A stretch of DNA of 64,000 nucleotides from Phoronis australis (Eukaryota > Animalia > Phoronida): NCBI GenBank assembly GCA_002633005.1, contig NMRA01000075.1, positions 609,950 through 673,949 on the forward strand, in the 5' to 3' direction. Each line of letters opens with the position of its first letter. The first letter of the stretch is position 1. This document shows, one piece after another, positions 27,238 through 39,204 of this stretch. Below the pieces are notes generated by a model. It ran no database searches. It was not told the DNA's origin and was given only the letters and a program-made list of their open reading frames with translations. The position numbers and the translations under genes were made by a program.

Positions 27238-29298
27238 AACATGTAACCTAAAAATCCCCCGTTCTTTTGTGCCTGGGGCGGTATAAACAAGTAACAAAAC
27301 GTAAACACACCGATTACATCGTAGTCTTAACAGTGCGCCTTCAGTCGAACTGCGTGTAAAACAAATAATATTCGCAGCTTATGCTATTTTAGGAGACTGG
27401 CAACCTGTGTTGACGTCACTGGTTTGTAGGCATGGTGTATTTATTAACCTATGACCCCGTTGTCAGCTCAATTCCAGTTGAGATCAATTTGAGTCAAACG
27501 TATCATGACGCATAATCCATCGTGGGTACTTTAGCAATGAATGTTCCTGGCTGCACTCGTTCAAAACATTGCAGTGTACCTCTAAGCTCGGTAATGACGT
27601 AACTTCTATGCGTCGGCTGTGTCCATCATCCGACATCTGTGATTTCACGAACTCGTTGAAGTTGAAATGAGAATCCGTCGTTTTCTATTGATGAGAAACC
27701 GGATGATAAAAATGCTGTAGGGAAAGGATATTCCTCGCACTACATTCTTTGGAAGCAGACGTTATAGTCGGCGATAAACAGCCCCATTCCGTGACCGATT
27801 AGGTGGCTACATGTATTGCGCTGACGGCGAGGTGCGAAATTGTTATTAGCGGAATCTTTGACCTTTCAGAATCCAGCAAACCACTTAGAAAAAACGAACC
27901 ACCTTGCTCTAGCCCTGAATTCCAAGCCGCCACTGAACATGCACTAATGAACATGCAGGGTAGGCCTAATCCATGACTTCAATAGCAAATCTTCAATAAT
28001 TTGGAGTTTTCCACTGTGAAATATCATGGCGGTTGTAAAAATGTAAGAATAGTACTCGTAAAACGAGAATCTCCAAAGTGAATGGTTTAGTTTGCAATTA
28101 ACTGTTTCAAAAAGGCGGCTTTATTTGAAATGTCACAGGTGCATTCCGCATAACATTTTACTGCTCCAGTCCACGCCGAGTATGCTCGCATCCCCTATTA
28201 GCTTTAAGACAGTTATCTCTTTCATAACTGAGCAAATATGCGTGCTATGTCCGGTTGCAATTCCTCGCAGATGTCAACGCCTAAGCGTATTGTTTGCGGT
28301 CTTATCAAAACTATTGGCCAGTCCATTGCTGACCCCGTCGCATTCTTATCCTGATGACGTCAGAAGTACAGGCCATGCTCACTAGGTAGCGTGGTTCTTT
28401 AAATAGGGTTGACACGTACTAAATCGGTTATGATTACACATCGCAAGACTCGTGAGTACGTTGACCCACACCACGTCGTAAAAATAGAATGGGATGAACG
28501 CTTCGCTTGTTCGCTACCCACCCTAATGACTCAAGTGCGCTGCCAAAGAGTTTTTAGCATGAATTCAGACAAATTTCTCCTGCGTGGAAACTGTGTTTTA
28601 TAATTCTCGTTTTTGTCGTCCCACACTTTTCATTGGGTTTACACTTATTCCCTAATCAGGGCTCATAACGAACCGGAAAGGGTAAATTAGTGCAAAGGTC
28701 GTCAAATTATCAACACGTAATTTCTCCTACAGTTTTAAATAATTCGTTTTAATCTTAGTATATGGGTTGTTTCATTAACTCCCCATTCCAGTTCCAGTAA
28801 AACGCACGCGCTGAGTCTGTTATTGTCACACATCGACAGTAATATTTCAAGTTATGTTTGTTATTTATGATATCATGTTTCTTGAGTATTTTATTTTATT
28901 GATTATATTGTCTGACATGGGCGCATTGCGAAACCTGAATGAAGATCTTAAATAGTATCTGTGACGTCAGCGAATGTACACAACAAACTAGTTTTTACAG
29001 GGCACACCCTGGATTGAATTAACCTCTGTCGGGGATAATGAAAAAAATGTTGTATGCCTGTCCCACAGTTTCAGAATCTTAGGCATTCCTGAGTTGATGA
29101 ACTGGGGAAGAACACCCGGCAGTGATATTTCTCTTTTTGTCAATTTCTTGGCATCTGCAATACACCTCAACCAGCAAAAGTTCAAGTTTTCTACATTACA
29201 ATGGGGAAATACATGCAGAAGCATTGTGGGTAAATACACCAAGACGGAAGTACACACACCAACATGGCAAAGTGTCATCGCAAGTAAGGCGGTAACAG

Positions 29299-29448
29299 AC
29301 GTGCGTTCAGTAAAGTTAGGACCTGCGCTATGACCTAGCTAAAATCTAGCCTAAGTCACCTACTCTCATTTAAAATACACGACAATATCTCACGTAATCT
29401 CACGATGTCTTGCTATTTAGCGAGGTCCTAGCAATACTGAACGAGGGG
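29299..29448. mobile_element. Harbinger-like 150-bp MITE
   Basis: Homologous to 22111-22260. Flanks CAG/CTG. Confidence 0.85.
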
Positions 29449-29540
29449 CTGATGTTCACGAGGCTGAACAATCAAGTTAACGGTGTAGCAGATTTTTTCA
29501 AACTCAAAAGAGCTGAAAACCAAAAGAAAAACATAATTAT

Positions 29541-29616
29541 CATGGGCGGTGCACTACCGGGGGCTGAGGGTCTATAGCCCCTCCCCCCACTTTTTTTCAG
29601 TACTGCGTCGCCCATG
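29541..29616 (-). mobile_element. CATGGGCGG-terminal MITE, monomeric form
   Basis: TIRs and a perfect 5-bp TSD ATTAT (29536-40 / 29617-21). Confidence 0.85.
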
Positions 29617-31619
29617 ATTATTCAGGTAAAGAAATAATTCTATTTTGTTTACAAAGTTCCGAACAGCGATAGTCTAGTATTGACTGTGGTAAAATTTCAA
29701 AATTCCGTACAAGTTAGCGTTTTTTTTCACGCTTCATGTGTCAACGATTATGCCACTTAAAGAGAGCACAAGCACTAAAGGAAAACTATCACTTTAAGAC
29801 ATGCATTTTCCAAGGAATAGACCTCTGCCCATATTTAGTTGCACCTTCTTAACAAACACCTGTTTGAATTGATGTATGTTATAACACCTGTTTGCTTTCG
29901 GAATCTCCGCTGATTTAAGGGCGAGAAACGCCTGAAAGGAAATGTACTAGACGCGATTTCAGTAGTCTTCTCGGTCCCACGTTTTTGCAGTTAAAAAATT
30001 GGTCGAGTTCTTCCCGAGGCAAAAGAAAATACGACAGGCCCAACAGAGCCGTGACGAAAACGGTCGGAGCATGAGATCTAGGCCATGGATATCTGTTGCT
30101 CGCGTAACAATGGGCAAAGATGGACGAAAATTATCCAGACCAACGCAAGAGTGCACCGCGTATTTTCTTGTTTCTTTCCATTTAAAGGCACATTGAGCGT
30201 TGGTTAGAAATGTGACTATGTCCCTGGGACATTCTGTCTCGCACGATACCACTTGTCCGAATGTTTGTTAATGGTTCAGCTGCGGTTTAACTAAACCTTC
30301 GAAATTTGCGACAACCGGGAAGGCAACGAAATTTGCATCGCCCTACAGACAAATTTGGTGGTGAATCGGTGTACTAATTTGAAATGACCATTGCCTTATT
30401 CCATGTAACGGTCTCATTGGGGACTCAGCTACCGTTCCTTAGACCACACTTTGCTTACTCCCAGATTTTATGCATTCTTTCAATTTATCTGCATCATGAG
30501 GTTTTCTTCTAATTTTGTTATCTTCGAATACTCAGTATCTAGAATGATCCCCTATTTCAGTGAAAATAAGTAGGGATTTAGTGTTCAAACTAGCGCACTG
30601 TATGAAAAGACCCTTGTTTATTTTCAGCAATATTGAGAATTCAGTGTTGAGTTTACTCTCGGTGGGAGACTAAGTGAAGCCAAGTCCCTATAGCCGGGTC
30701 AGTTTGATGCAACAGGTCAGCGAGACCCAAAATTCGAATATAATTACATCCCGTGACACTGAAGTCAACTTGTGGAGCCTGCTATCTATTACTTCAGAGT
30801 GACGTGTCAGTTCTTTCCAAGCAAAGATATCTCGCCTAATTCGACCAATGAGCTTCTAGATAGTTAGCTCACTGATTCGACCAATGAACGAGTTGGACAA
30901 GTTTCATAACAGTGAGTGATCCAAATCAAAAATGAGTTGCTGTGAGTAGAAGTCTGTTTTAGAATCAAAGTTTCACAACAACCTTAAATGACTCTAACGC
31001 GAATTGCATAATTTAAAGTGATTCTCATCCACTGAAACAGAATTCACGGTGTTCACCAGAAATTCGCGAAAACACAAGAGCTCGCAGGTCTTCGCAAGAT
31101 GTTGCCGTGCAACACAGTCGAGTCGCATGATCACACTACCTTTTCTCGGGAGCACATTGGCTTTACGGAATGCATGCACCAGTTTCCTTGTTTGCTTTCC
31201 CTGATAACCCCTATTCGAGAAAATCTGTTTTCGGACTAGTTGCCCGCGCTTCAGCTTCATGCTTTGATATACGTCTGCACTAATTTGCTAAGCTCATCTC
31301 GATCAACATGACGACGAATGAATTGCCACACACAACTCCTCTTTCGTTAACCCTCAAATGTAACAATTCACGCAGTTGTGAATACCGCACATGTAGAATT
31401 TTGCGTGGTGTGCGACAATATTCTCTATGCGGTACCGCGTTTCTTGTATGCGATACCGTCTTTCTTGTTTCTGATTTTCCTGAAGGGCCTCACGATTAGT
31501 CAATGAAATCCCATGCCACGTTCGAGGGGCTTTCTTTTTAGTAGTAGTAATAATCTTTATTTTATAGTCCGTGAGGTTTAATAATAAAACATTAGCACAA
31601 GTGCTATTATCCAACAATT

Positions 31620-32640
31620 TTTAAAATTCTACAAACTTAAACTACAAGCTAAAATTATACAGTACAGATATTACACAAAACTTTAACATAAATATAAATA
31701 CAAAAGTACATGTACATGTTACGGGGCGTGTAGACATCTGTAGCTGTTCTCACACGAGCAGTTTTCAGCGAAAAAAATCATCAGCAAGTGTGGCAAATTC
31801 ATTTAAAGCAACACATTGTCTCATTGCCGGCAGCAATGAGTTCCATAGCAAAGCACCCTTATCGGAGATTGAGTTACACAAGTAATTAAAAGTATTTAAA
31901 CGTTTTACCAATGAGCTATACCAGGTCGTTTCTACTCCTCTCCTGGTATAGCTCATTGGTTTTACATAGAGGCAGTTTTCACTTCTGAGATCGTATCTCT
32001 AGACCAGTGGCGGATTTACAGGTGGGCCAAGGGGACCACCTCCCCCCCCCAAATTATCCCAGATTCCATTTGGCAGTTCGGGGGTGCGAATGTCTGACGG
32101 TCAAAATCCTGGCTAATTCTCTGACCTGCCGCCCACCCCTTAACTCAAAATCCTAGATCCGCCCTTGTAGACTCTCTAAATTCACTCTTTCCTGACAAAG
32201 GGAAGGGTCCAATAACTTGTACATTTTTGAATATTTCAATAGATAAACATTTCATCCGCCAACTAGTTAGAGAGCAGCTCCTAGCCTTATCGAAGAGTTG
32301 TGAGTAGCTGGACACACTATCATTAGACACAAATTTTAAAGTTCAGTGTTGTTTCTTACTTACATGTATCTGTATCCCACACAGGTGCCAAATGAGGAGG
32401 CAGTGATTAAAACGGGGTCTGACAAATGCTTAATATACCTTAAGCTTAATGTTACTGCTTAAAACAACAAAGACGGGACAATTAAGGCATTCATTTGCCT
32501 ACAAGTTTTTTTGCAGATAACGTCAACGTGGTCATGGAATTTTAATTGGCTGTCAAGCTGGAACCCAGCAGCTTAACAGACTCTTCACACTCCGAGTGTC
32601 CCCAGACATGAGATACCTATCATTATTATGTCACTATTCC
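31620..32640 (-). mobile_element. CR1-like LINE 3' fragment interrupted by a MITE
   Basis: Minus-strand remnants SVKLLG..DSQLKFHDHVDVICKK, SNDSVSSYSQLFDKA...LSIEIFK and GALLWNSL, typical of the CR1 ORF2 C-terminus. Confidence 0.75.
32005..32167 (+). mobile_element. MITE with CAGTGGCGGAT...ATCCGCCCTTG termini
   Basis: Perfect 5-bp TSD TAGAC (32000-04 / 32168-72). Second copy at 2298-2444. Confidence 0.88.
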
Positions 32641-33450
32641 TAGAAAAGATGCTCTCTTCCCAAGAAACAAATCCATTCTAACAAGTACGCGCGTCCATTT
32701 CACAAGTATATTAAGTCTACATGTACATGTACACTTCAAGTGGCAGAAATAAAATCAGCCGTGTCGCACTCAGTTACGTCAAGCTTACATTTGTTTTCGT
32801 TAATCAATATTTTGACATGGTCGGGAAATCGAGGTCAGCCATTTATTAGCTGACGCACTAACAGCAGTAAGACTACACCCAGTGATCCTACAGCAGTGTT
32901 GTAAACAATGCCAATGACCGAGCAAATCTTGCGTTATCAACGTAAATAATCGATGATTGAATACGACACAAAGAATTTTTCCCGTCACCAAAGTCGAAAC
33001 GAATAATCTTACTACAGTGAGATCTCAGTTCCTACGTGGGCATGACCCCATCTGGTAACCGCTACAGGATTCATGACAAATAAAAGAATATCACGTTGCA
33101 CTCAATAGCTGCGCGATGAACCGGTAAAGCACCAATTAGGGCGACAAAAGCGGCAATTGGGTTAGAATAAACCCAATGACACTTCGCACCTGTGTTTTTT
33201 CGTTTGGGATTTGATTTCCAACGTTACGGTACATATTCAAACACATAGTGGAAGCGGTTACGTGATAGACAGTCCTGCGAAACGTTTGACCTCCAGTGAC
33301 GGTCTATTTATAACATTGGCAGAGGCGGGCTTTGTTTGATTTAGAGCAGACCTCGGGTATCCAGTGAATCGGTAACACGTAAAATAAGCCAAGTAGATCG
33401 AAAACGTATAGTAAGTTAAGTTGATGGTGACGACCTGGAGAAGAGAGGGG

Positions 33451-33474
33451 ATTATTATTATTATCATCATCACC

Positions 33475-33514
<40 letters not shown>

Positions 33515-33540
33515 GTGTTATTATTATTATTATTATTATT
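33451..33540. repeat. (ATT/ATC)n microsatellite
   Basis: Directly visible. Confidence 0.95.
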
Positions 33541-34390
33541 TCTATTGAAAAGTGTATCGTAAGAGTAAAAATGACCTATTGTCAGCCTTACACACCGAAA
33601 TCTTGATCCCGGAACTAACACTAAGCAAAAGTACATGTACGTGTACGACACCTGGGACTACCGGGTGACACTAACACATTCAGTAAGTGAAGTTTTTTTA
33701 ATACAACAGTGAATTCGTGGAATAATTCTCACAGCAGAGCCTAGGCCTATATATGAATATAATACTTTTCAATAGTAAAATATAAACGATTAACTCGGAG
33801 TGGAAGGGATATAACCTGAGACTATTGATGCTTAGCTATCAATTGTTTGTCCAATAATGTAGCCCTATCCTATATAGAGGTGACTTCAGCAATCGATTTC
33901 AACATAAGGGCTTGCACTCATATGAGAATATCAACAATGAGTCCCTCCCACTCCCAAGTCCAAATGCACACCGAAAAGCATGAATCGTTGTGCAAGGTTC
34001 CTTATTGTGAAATGCTTGAACACTTCATCAGCGGTGCAATGACAGCTGTCTGTGACCTACATCTGACGTGCTATACTTTCACAAGCCATTACAAAACAGT
34101 TATCTTTTACCCTTGGGGCTTCCCCGTTATCAAATAATCAATTTCGAGGAACTAACCCGGGAAGGAATTTTCCGCATGACATCACCAACTATGAAATTCT
34201 AGGCGTTTTCCTGTTTGAAGGTCAGAGTTCAAGGCGTCGAATGAGCGCTAACAGTTTCGTAAACAAGTGTTTTTCTTAGAACGTGCGTTCAAGTTTCGAT
34301 CAACAAACATATTTGGAACATACGGTATTTGACGGTTCACGAATAATGTAGTTTCACTTGTTGTCCCACGTAAGTGCAGCAGTACTGTAA

Positions 34391-34467
34391 CATGGGCGAC
34401 GCACCATTGGGGGCTGGGGGAGGGGGCTATGCCTCCCCCCACTTTTTTCAGTGCTGCGCCATCCATG
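34391..34467 (-). mobile_element. CATGGGCG-terminal MITE, monomeric form
   Basis: Flanks TGTAA/TGTAT. Homologous to 29541-29616. Confidence 0.8.
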
Positions 34468-34501
34468 TGTATACATACTACTGTGTACCTTTACAGTAAT
34501 G

Positions 34502-34642
34502 CATGGGCGGCGCAGCACTGAAAAAAGTGGGGGGCTAAAGCCCCTTCAGCTCCCTGTGGTGCATCGCTTATAGACCAGTGCGGCGTAGCACTGAAAAAAG
34601 TGGGGGCTGTATCCCCCAGCCCCATATGGTGCGTCGCCCATG
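34502..34642 (+). mobile_element. CATGGGCGGCGC-terminal MITE, dimeric form
   Basis: Perfect 5-bp TSD TAATG (34497-501 / 34643-47). Confidence 0.88.
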
Positions 34643-34914
34643 TAATGGTTCCAAATTCCTAGCTAATTGCAAACATTTCGCCGTACGGTTATTCTCACAT
34701 TTTCACTCGTATTGCCGCTAATATTGGGATATAATGCACCGGCATTTTGAGAGAGTTTTCTTCACTGAATATCGGGCACAAACTGGTTCTCAAAATATGG
34801 GCCCGTTATATCCGACTATTGCCCCTATTCCCAATATGCGCCCCAAAGTATTCAAATATGGAAGCCGATTTACCCTACAACAACACCGTTGCTAAGTAAC
34901 GGAAGAAACACAAA

Positions 34915-36913
34915 GAACATTTCAATTTTACTTTTTATTTTTTCATTTTTCAAGGTAACGACTAGAAAATGCTCTCGAACAACGTCACATTCACACCTCA
35001 CAATACATGTCAATGAGATTTTGGTCCACATGTTACATAATAATAATAATAACAATATTAATAAATTATGTTATAATTACAAGAAATTAATACAGTGTAC
35101 TGAACCAAATGAGAGACAAATAATTTAGACAACTTGAGTGTTGAACACAAATAAGAGATCTCGCCTATTTTCAAAAATAAAAAACATCAGTGAAAAGTCA
35201 GACTTATTAATTAAGGAATCATTTAGTTAATACTATCCAATATTAAAACAGGATTTCAACTGAAATGACATCCTGAACACCATTCAAGGTTATGTTCATG
35301 AACAAACGCAAATGGACCGTAAACGTGTATACAATAAATAATGACTTATGACAGAATGACATGACATAGTTGAGGCGCGACTCCAAACGGATGAGTCACG
35401 GGCAACATGTCTTGTGGTGAATATGATACTTGATGAACCTCGACCGGCCTTTGTTATTTTCTGACTTGGCAGTGAGTCAGAGAGACAAAGGAAATCTCAT
35501 AACCACCTTTCATGCATGGACAAAATCTCAACGGATAGACAAAGAATGTCTGGGGAATAACGACACAGATAGGCATCATGTTAACAAGTTACAAAATAAT
35601 GCTAAGCCCTGCAATTATTTGTATGAAAAATTGCTCCTACTGTTAGACACTTGTGGTTTTACCCGGTAACAATGGATTTCTAAACACAGACAGCTAGTTT
35701 CCCTTCAGCTAGTCCCAAAAATGTCCTGAGGTATTATTTTTAACCAACCAAGCAGAGACCAATGTTTATTGACCAAATATGAGCCATGCTGGAAGATACC
35801 CACATTTCCTGTCGACACCAGAACGCCAGAAAGACAGTAGGTGTGAATCTCTATCTTGCAGGAATGTCACGGAGTATTTAACTGCAATGCCAGAAAACGT
35901 TTGAGATATAACCACTGAGATATAACCACGTTTTAAGGGCGCACATGAAAGAAATTTGAACTGTGAGGTCAGAAAGTTGAACAACCTAAGGTCATTAAAC
36001 AGGAAGTAAGCATTAATCATCCTGTTACATCAACATCACTCCCCCAGTACTACCAATACAGTTGCCCACATGTGTACCAACCTCCCTCTATGACACAGAC
36101 AGTTACCTAATAAGCCCCCACAAAATGAATATGGCCAACTTCCACAGCCATGAGCAAGAAGGTTATGTAACAAGTCCAACAATTTGTGACAAACAAACTG
36201 GTGATTCAGCACCTTCTTATCCACTTGTTTGGCAGAGTGCCCAGGTATAATTCCAAGAAGCACATAACCAGGATTTTCTCACAAACAATAATTCAAACAC
36301 TTTTTTAATTCTAGACTGAAGCACAGCCACTCCTTAACCCTGGGAATGTCACACCTGAACACATTACTTCCCAACAATATTGCTCTACCTTGATCTGATA
36401 TTACATAACACACCCTGATACTATCCTGGTTCTGGACAGACCCTGTCAATGAATGCACAGGCACCTGTTATCTATTGATTTTTTCAATTCAGGCTCTAGG
36501 GCCCTGATAATGGATTGCCCATTTGATGAGAGTCTGAAGTCAAGGTTGTAGGGACCTGCCTTACTCCTGTGATGCAGCCTAAAGAGAATCCCTCATTTTT
36601 AATCCAACTAGGAGGATGTTTTCCTGTCCTATCATTGACTTAGTTCTCATTACCTTGACAACCATAAACTTAATCACAACAAATATCAGCACCATTCACG
36701 TATAGCATTATTGATTTTCATCTAGCACAAGTCTTCAAATTTCGTCATGAACATTCAGTTGGTGCACTGTTTAATTCAATGACATCTTTTAATGTTAACC
36801 CGAGACAAACCGACTTCTCGACAGTCCAGCTGTTCTGATCAGAACCAAGCCGGAAAGGAGGAAACCGTCACCGACAGCAACTTGATAAACACCTGCAGAA
36901 TGTTCATACTTGT
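34915..36913 (-). other. Probable 3' UTR (about 2 kb) of the IER-like gene with poly(A) signal and AU-rich element
   Basis: No recognisable transposon between the stop codon and an AATAAA on minus (TTTATT 34934-34939), which is followed by a GU-rich tract (TGTTCTTTGTGTTTC). ARE nonamer TTATTTATT on minus at 35333-35341. Confidence 0.6.
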
Positions 36914-37714
36914 TCAAACTGCAAGAGCGATGACAGGTCGACTTAAACTTTCCACAAAACTGGCAACCTGTTTGACACAACTTTGGCTAGAGTAGCTGGC
37001 CTCCTTGCTCTGCTGCTCACACAATCCAGCAAACCCAGTGTTGAAAATTTGAACTAAATTCGAGATTTGCTGGGGCGTTTCAGTAATCATTGGCTCACAA
37101 TGCATGTCTCTTTCAGTATTAGTCACTGGCTCTGAATCAATTCTAGCCTTTTTGGCAAGTCCTGATTCATCAACACGTGATTTTTGTTCGACTGAAAAAT
37201 CATTGTCGTCGGACAACTCAGTTCGCCTACGCTTTGTACACCGACCACACGTCGTATTGTCACTTATTTCCGATAATTTCTCTTCTGCCATGGAATTGCC
37301 ATCTTTTTCCTTTAAGCTGTATTCCAGTTTCTCAGAAGAATGAGTCTCACTTGTTTGTGTTTTCATAGAATGGTCGGGCACAACGTTTTCTTTGTCACTT
37401 TCAGGAATCCCTGACGTACAGAGGTCACCTGACATTTGAGTTAAAAGGTCACTAGAGTCAATCCGTTCAGGCTGCGGCTCAACCTCGACTTCTTGGCTTT
37501 TTTGTAACGATTTCGGAGAACATTTCGCTTCTCTTTTCTGGTTTTTCGCCTCAGCCATCTGCCGATAGTTTTCCATCATATATATCGAACGAGCTTTGAA
37601 CAAAACCGTTGACACGAGCAGATTCTTACATAAGTTTATACCTCCACGTTGCTTGCGCGAGTCTGCAATCTTGCCCAGTGAAACAGCTATCAATTTCCCT
37701 GCCTCCGAAGCCAT
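36914..37714 (-). CDS. IER5L: Immediate early response protein, IER2/IER5/IER5L family (IER5L-like), 266 aa, intronless
   Basis: Largest ORF in the window. From the ATG at 37714, MASEAGKLIAVSLGKIADSRKQRGGINLCKNLLVSTVLFKARSIYM resembles the IER N-terminal domain (IER5L as recalled: [43 protein letters not shown]). The C-terminal QISNLVQIFNTGFAGL...CVKQ...SRPVIAL resembles the IER C-terminal motif. The middle is low-complexity with basic NLS-like patches (KRRR, KKAR). The 32 upstream codons in the ORF track start at a non-ATG codon and are probably 5' UTR. The symbol indicates family, not proven orthology. Confidence 0.93.
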   Translation of the reverse strand: MASEAGKLIAVSLGKIADSRKQRGGINLCKNLLVSTVLFKARSIYMMENYRQMAEAKNQKREAKCSPKSLQKSQEVEVEPQPERIDSSDLLTQMSGDLCTSGIPESDKENVVPDHSMKTQTSETHSSEKLEYSLKEKDGNSMAEEKLSEISDNTTCGRCTKRRRTELSDDNDFSVEQKSRVDESGLAKKARIDSEPVTNTERDMHCEPMITETPQQISNLVQIFNTGFAGLCEQQSKEASYSSQSCVKQVASFVESLSRPVIALAV

Positions 37715-37859
37715 AATTGTAGTCCAGAACCTATTGATTAGATCCGACGATATCACAAAATCAGATCCTGATAGTCCGAAAAGAAGGTTGTTTAGTATCA
37801 GAAAGAACAAAGACGAGTGTGCGCTGATAGTCTACACTCGACAAGTGCGTACAAAGCAA

Positions 37860-38330
37860 TGCCTCTTTTTGTTGTCTGAACCTTATTTGAATAGCATTAC
37901 GTCAAGGGTATTTATATCGACCAATCGTAAGCTGCTATTGGTGACGTGTCCTGGCATTCCCGCCTTACTGGAAATGTCGACCAATTGAACAGCGGGACAG
38001 CATCACAAGTGACCCCGTGAACTTTGCATCACTGTTAATGACCCCACAATGTCGGGAGATAAATATTGGTTCGTTACTATGGTTTTCATTCATGGTGCTG
38101 ACGTAACAGAGCTGGGGTAATCTGAAGTTCACGAAGCTAGCGAACTAGAATTGATTGACGTACGCGCGGGCACTTTATCCTGGCATGAGTTCAGAATAAA
38201 AATCTGACATTGTATTGTAAATAAGGTCGTCAGGGAGTGGGGATTTTCCGCGATAAGGTTCACTGACTCGAGGCTGCTGACATTCTTGGCGTTCCATTCC
38301 CTTTTAAGGAATGGCGGGATTCCGTGTAGG
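37860..38330 (-). promoter_or_regulatory. Promoter of the IER-like gene with immediate-early architecture
   Basis: TATAAATA on minus at 37909-37916. CRE-like sites TTACGTCA 37897-37904, TGACGT 37942, TGACGTAA 38099-38106 and TGACGTAC 38156-38163. CCAAT boxes at 37921, 37937 (ATTGG) and 37981. NF-kB-like GGGATTTTCC 38240-38249. Perfect CArG CCTTTTAAGG 38300-38309 and CArG-like CCTTATTTGA 37881-37890. The TSS is not determined. Confidence 0.75.
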
Positions 38331-39156
38331 GCTGTCGCATTGACGGGAAGTTGTGTATTCTTTTTACACGTTGAGATCCCTTTTGTGTGCCTCCATGGTT
38401 ACGTTTATTTGACGACTTTTTGCATTGAAATTTGAAGTCAATATTATTGTGTTGTTATGTTTTTTCATCTCGTTTATAGAACGTTTATTCCGACACTTGT
38501 GTGAAATGCTTTTAAAACATTTTATGAGGTAGGATACAATATCAATTAATTACTCCAACCACACTTGAATTGATATATCGGATAAAACTGAAAACTTTTC
38601 TGGTATTTACTACAAAGGTATAAGCACAGCATACGTAAGTACCCACGTGCGTATGAAATGAAAAAACGCAACGCTAGTTTTTAATGTAAGTAAAAAATTT
38701 TAGGTAAATAACTCTTTCAGTTCAAAATATAGTAAACAGCATGCACCAATGGCAAACGGACGTTACTTTCCCGACCACTGCTAGTAAAACGTGTAATTTA
38801 CGTCAACGTGTACTTTTATAAACATTTGGAGTGAAGTACGCAACTAATGCCAGTTGTTTATGTTTTTTCTTAGGAGTAATATAGTCCTAGGTTATTACAT
38901 AATTAAACAGAGACCGACAAAATCCAAACTTCGACAGTTAATCTCTGTCAACATGTTTCGTGTGTCCCGGACGAAAACGACTTGCTACGTCCCTGCACCC
39001 TTAGTGTGAATCTAACGGTAAATGTTTTCAACACGAACATGGCAACACCCACCGCATCCACCNATTGTTGGTATAGTTCATTGTCACTCCCTGTAACTGA
39101 CTGTATCTGTGCTTCATTACTTGTTGCTGGGCCTAGCTAGGTGGCCACTGTATTAT

Positions 39157-39204
39157 GACTTCTGAGGATGGTGTTTAATAAATGACACCGAAACATGTCA
39201 AGTT
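39157..39204 (+). ncRNA. Minimal type I hammerhead ribozyme (Penelope-type)
   Basis: Stem I GACTT (39157-61) / AAGTT (39200-04). Core CTGAGGA 39162-68 plus one extra nucleotide. Stem II GGTGT (39170-74) / ACACC (39185-89). GAAA 39190-93. Palindromic stem III ACATGT. Cleavage triplet GTC 39197-99. Confidence 0.7.

Noticed and set aside
28988-29278. Protein-like minus-strand ORF as a real exon
   Set aside because: No recognisable family and no partner exons. It would need BLASTX or RNA-seq support.
37715-37810. N-terminal extension of the IER ORF to 298 aa
   Set aside because: Non-ATG start. Family similarity begins at the ATG at 37714.
37104-37988. Plus-strand ORFs overlapping the IER gene
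   Set aside because: Antisense shadows of the real CDS with no independent support.
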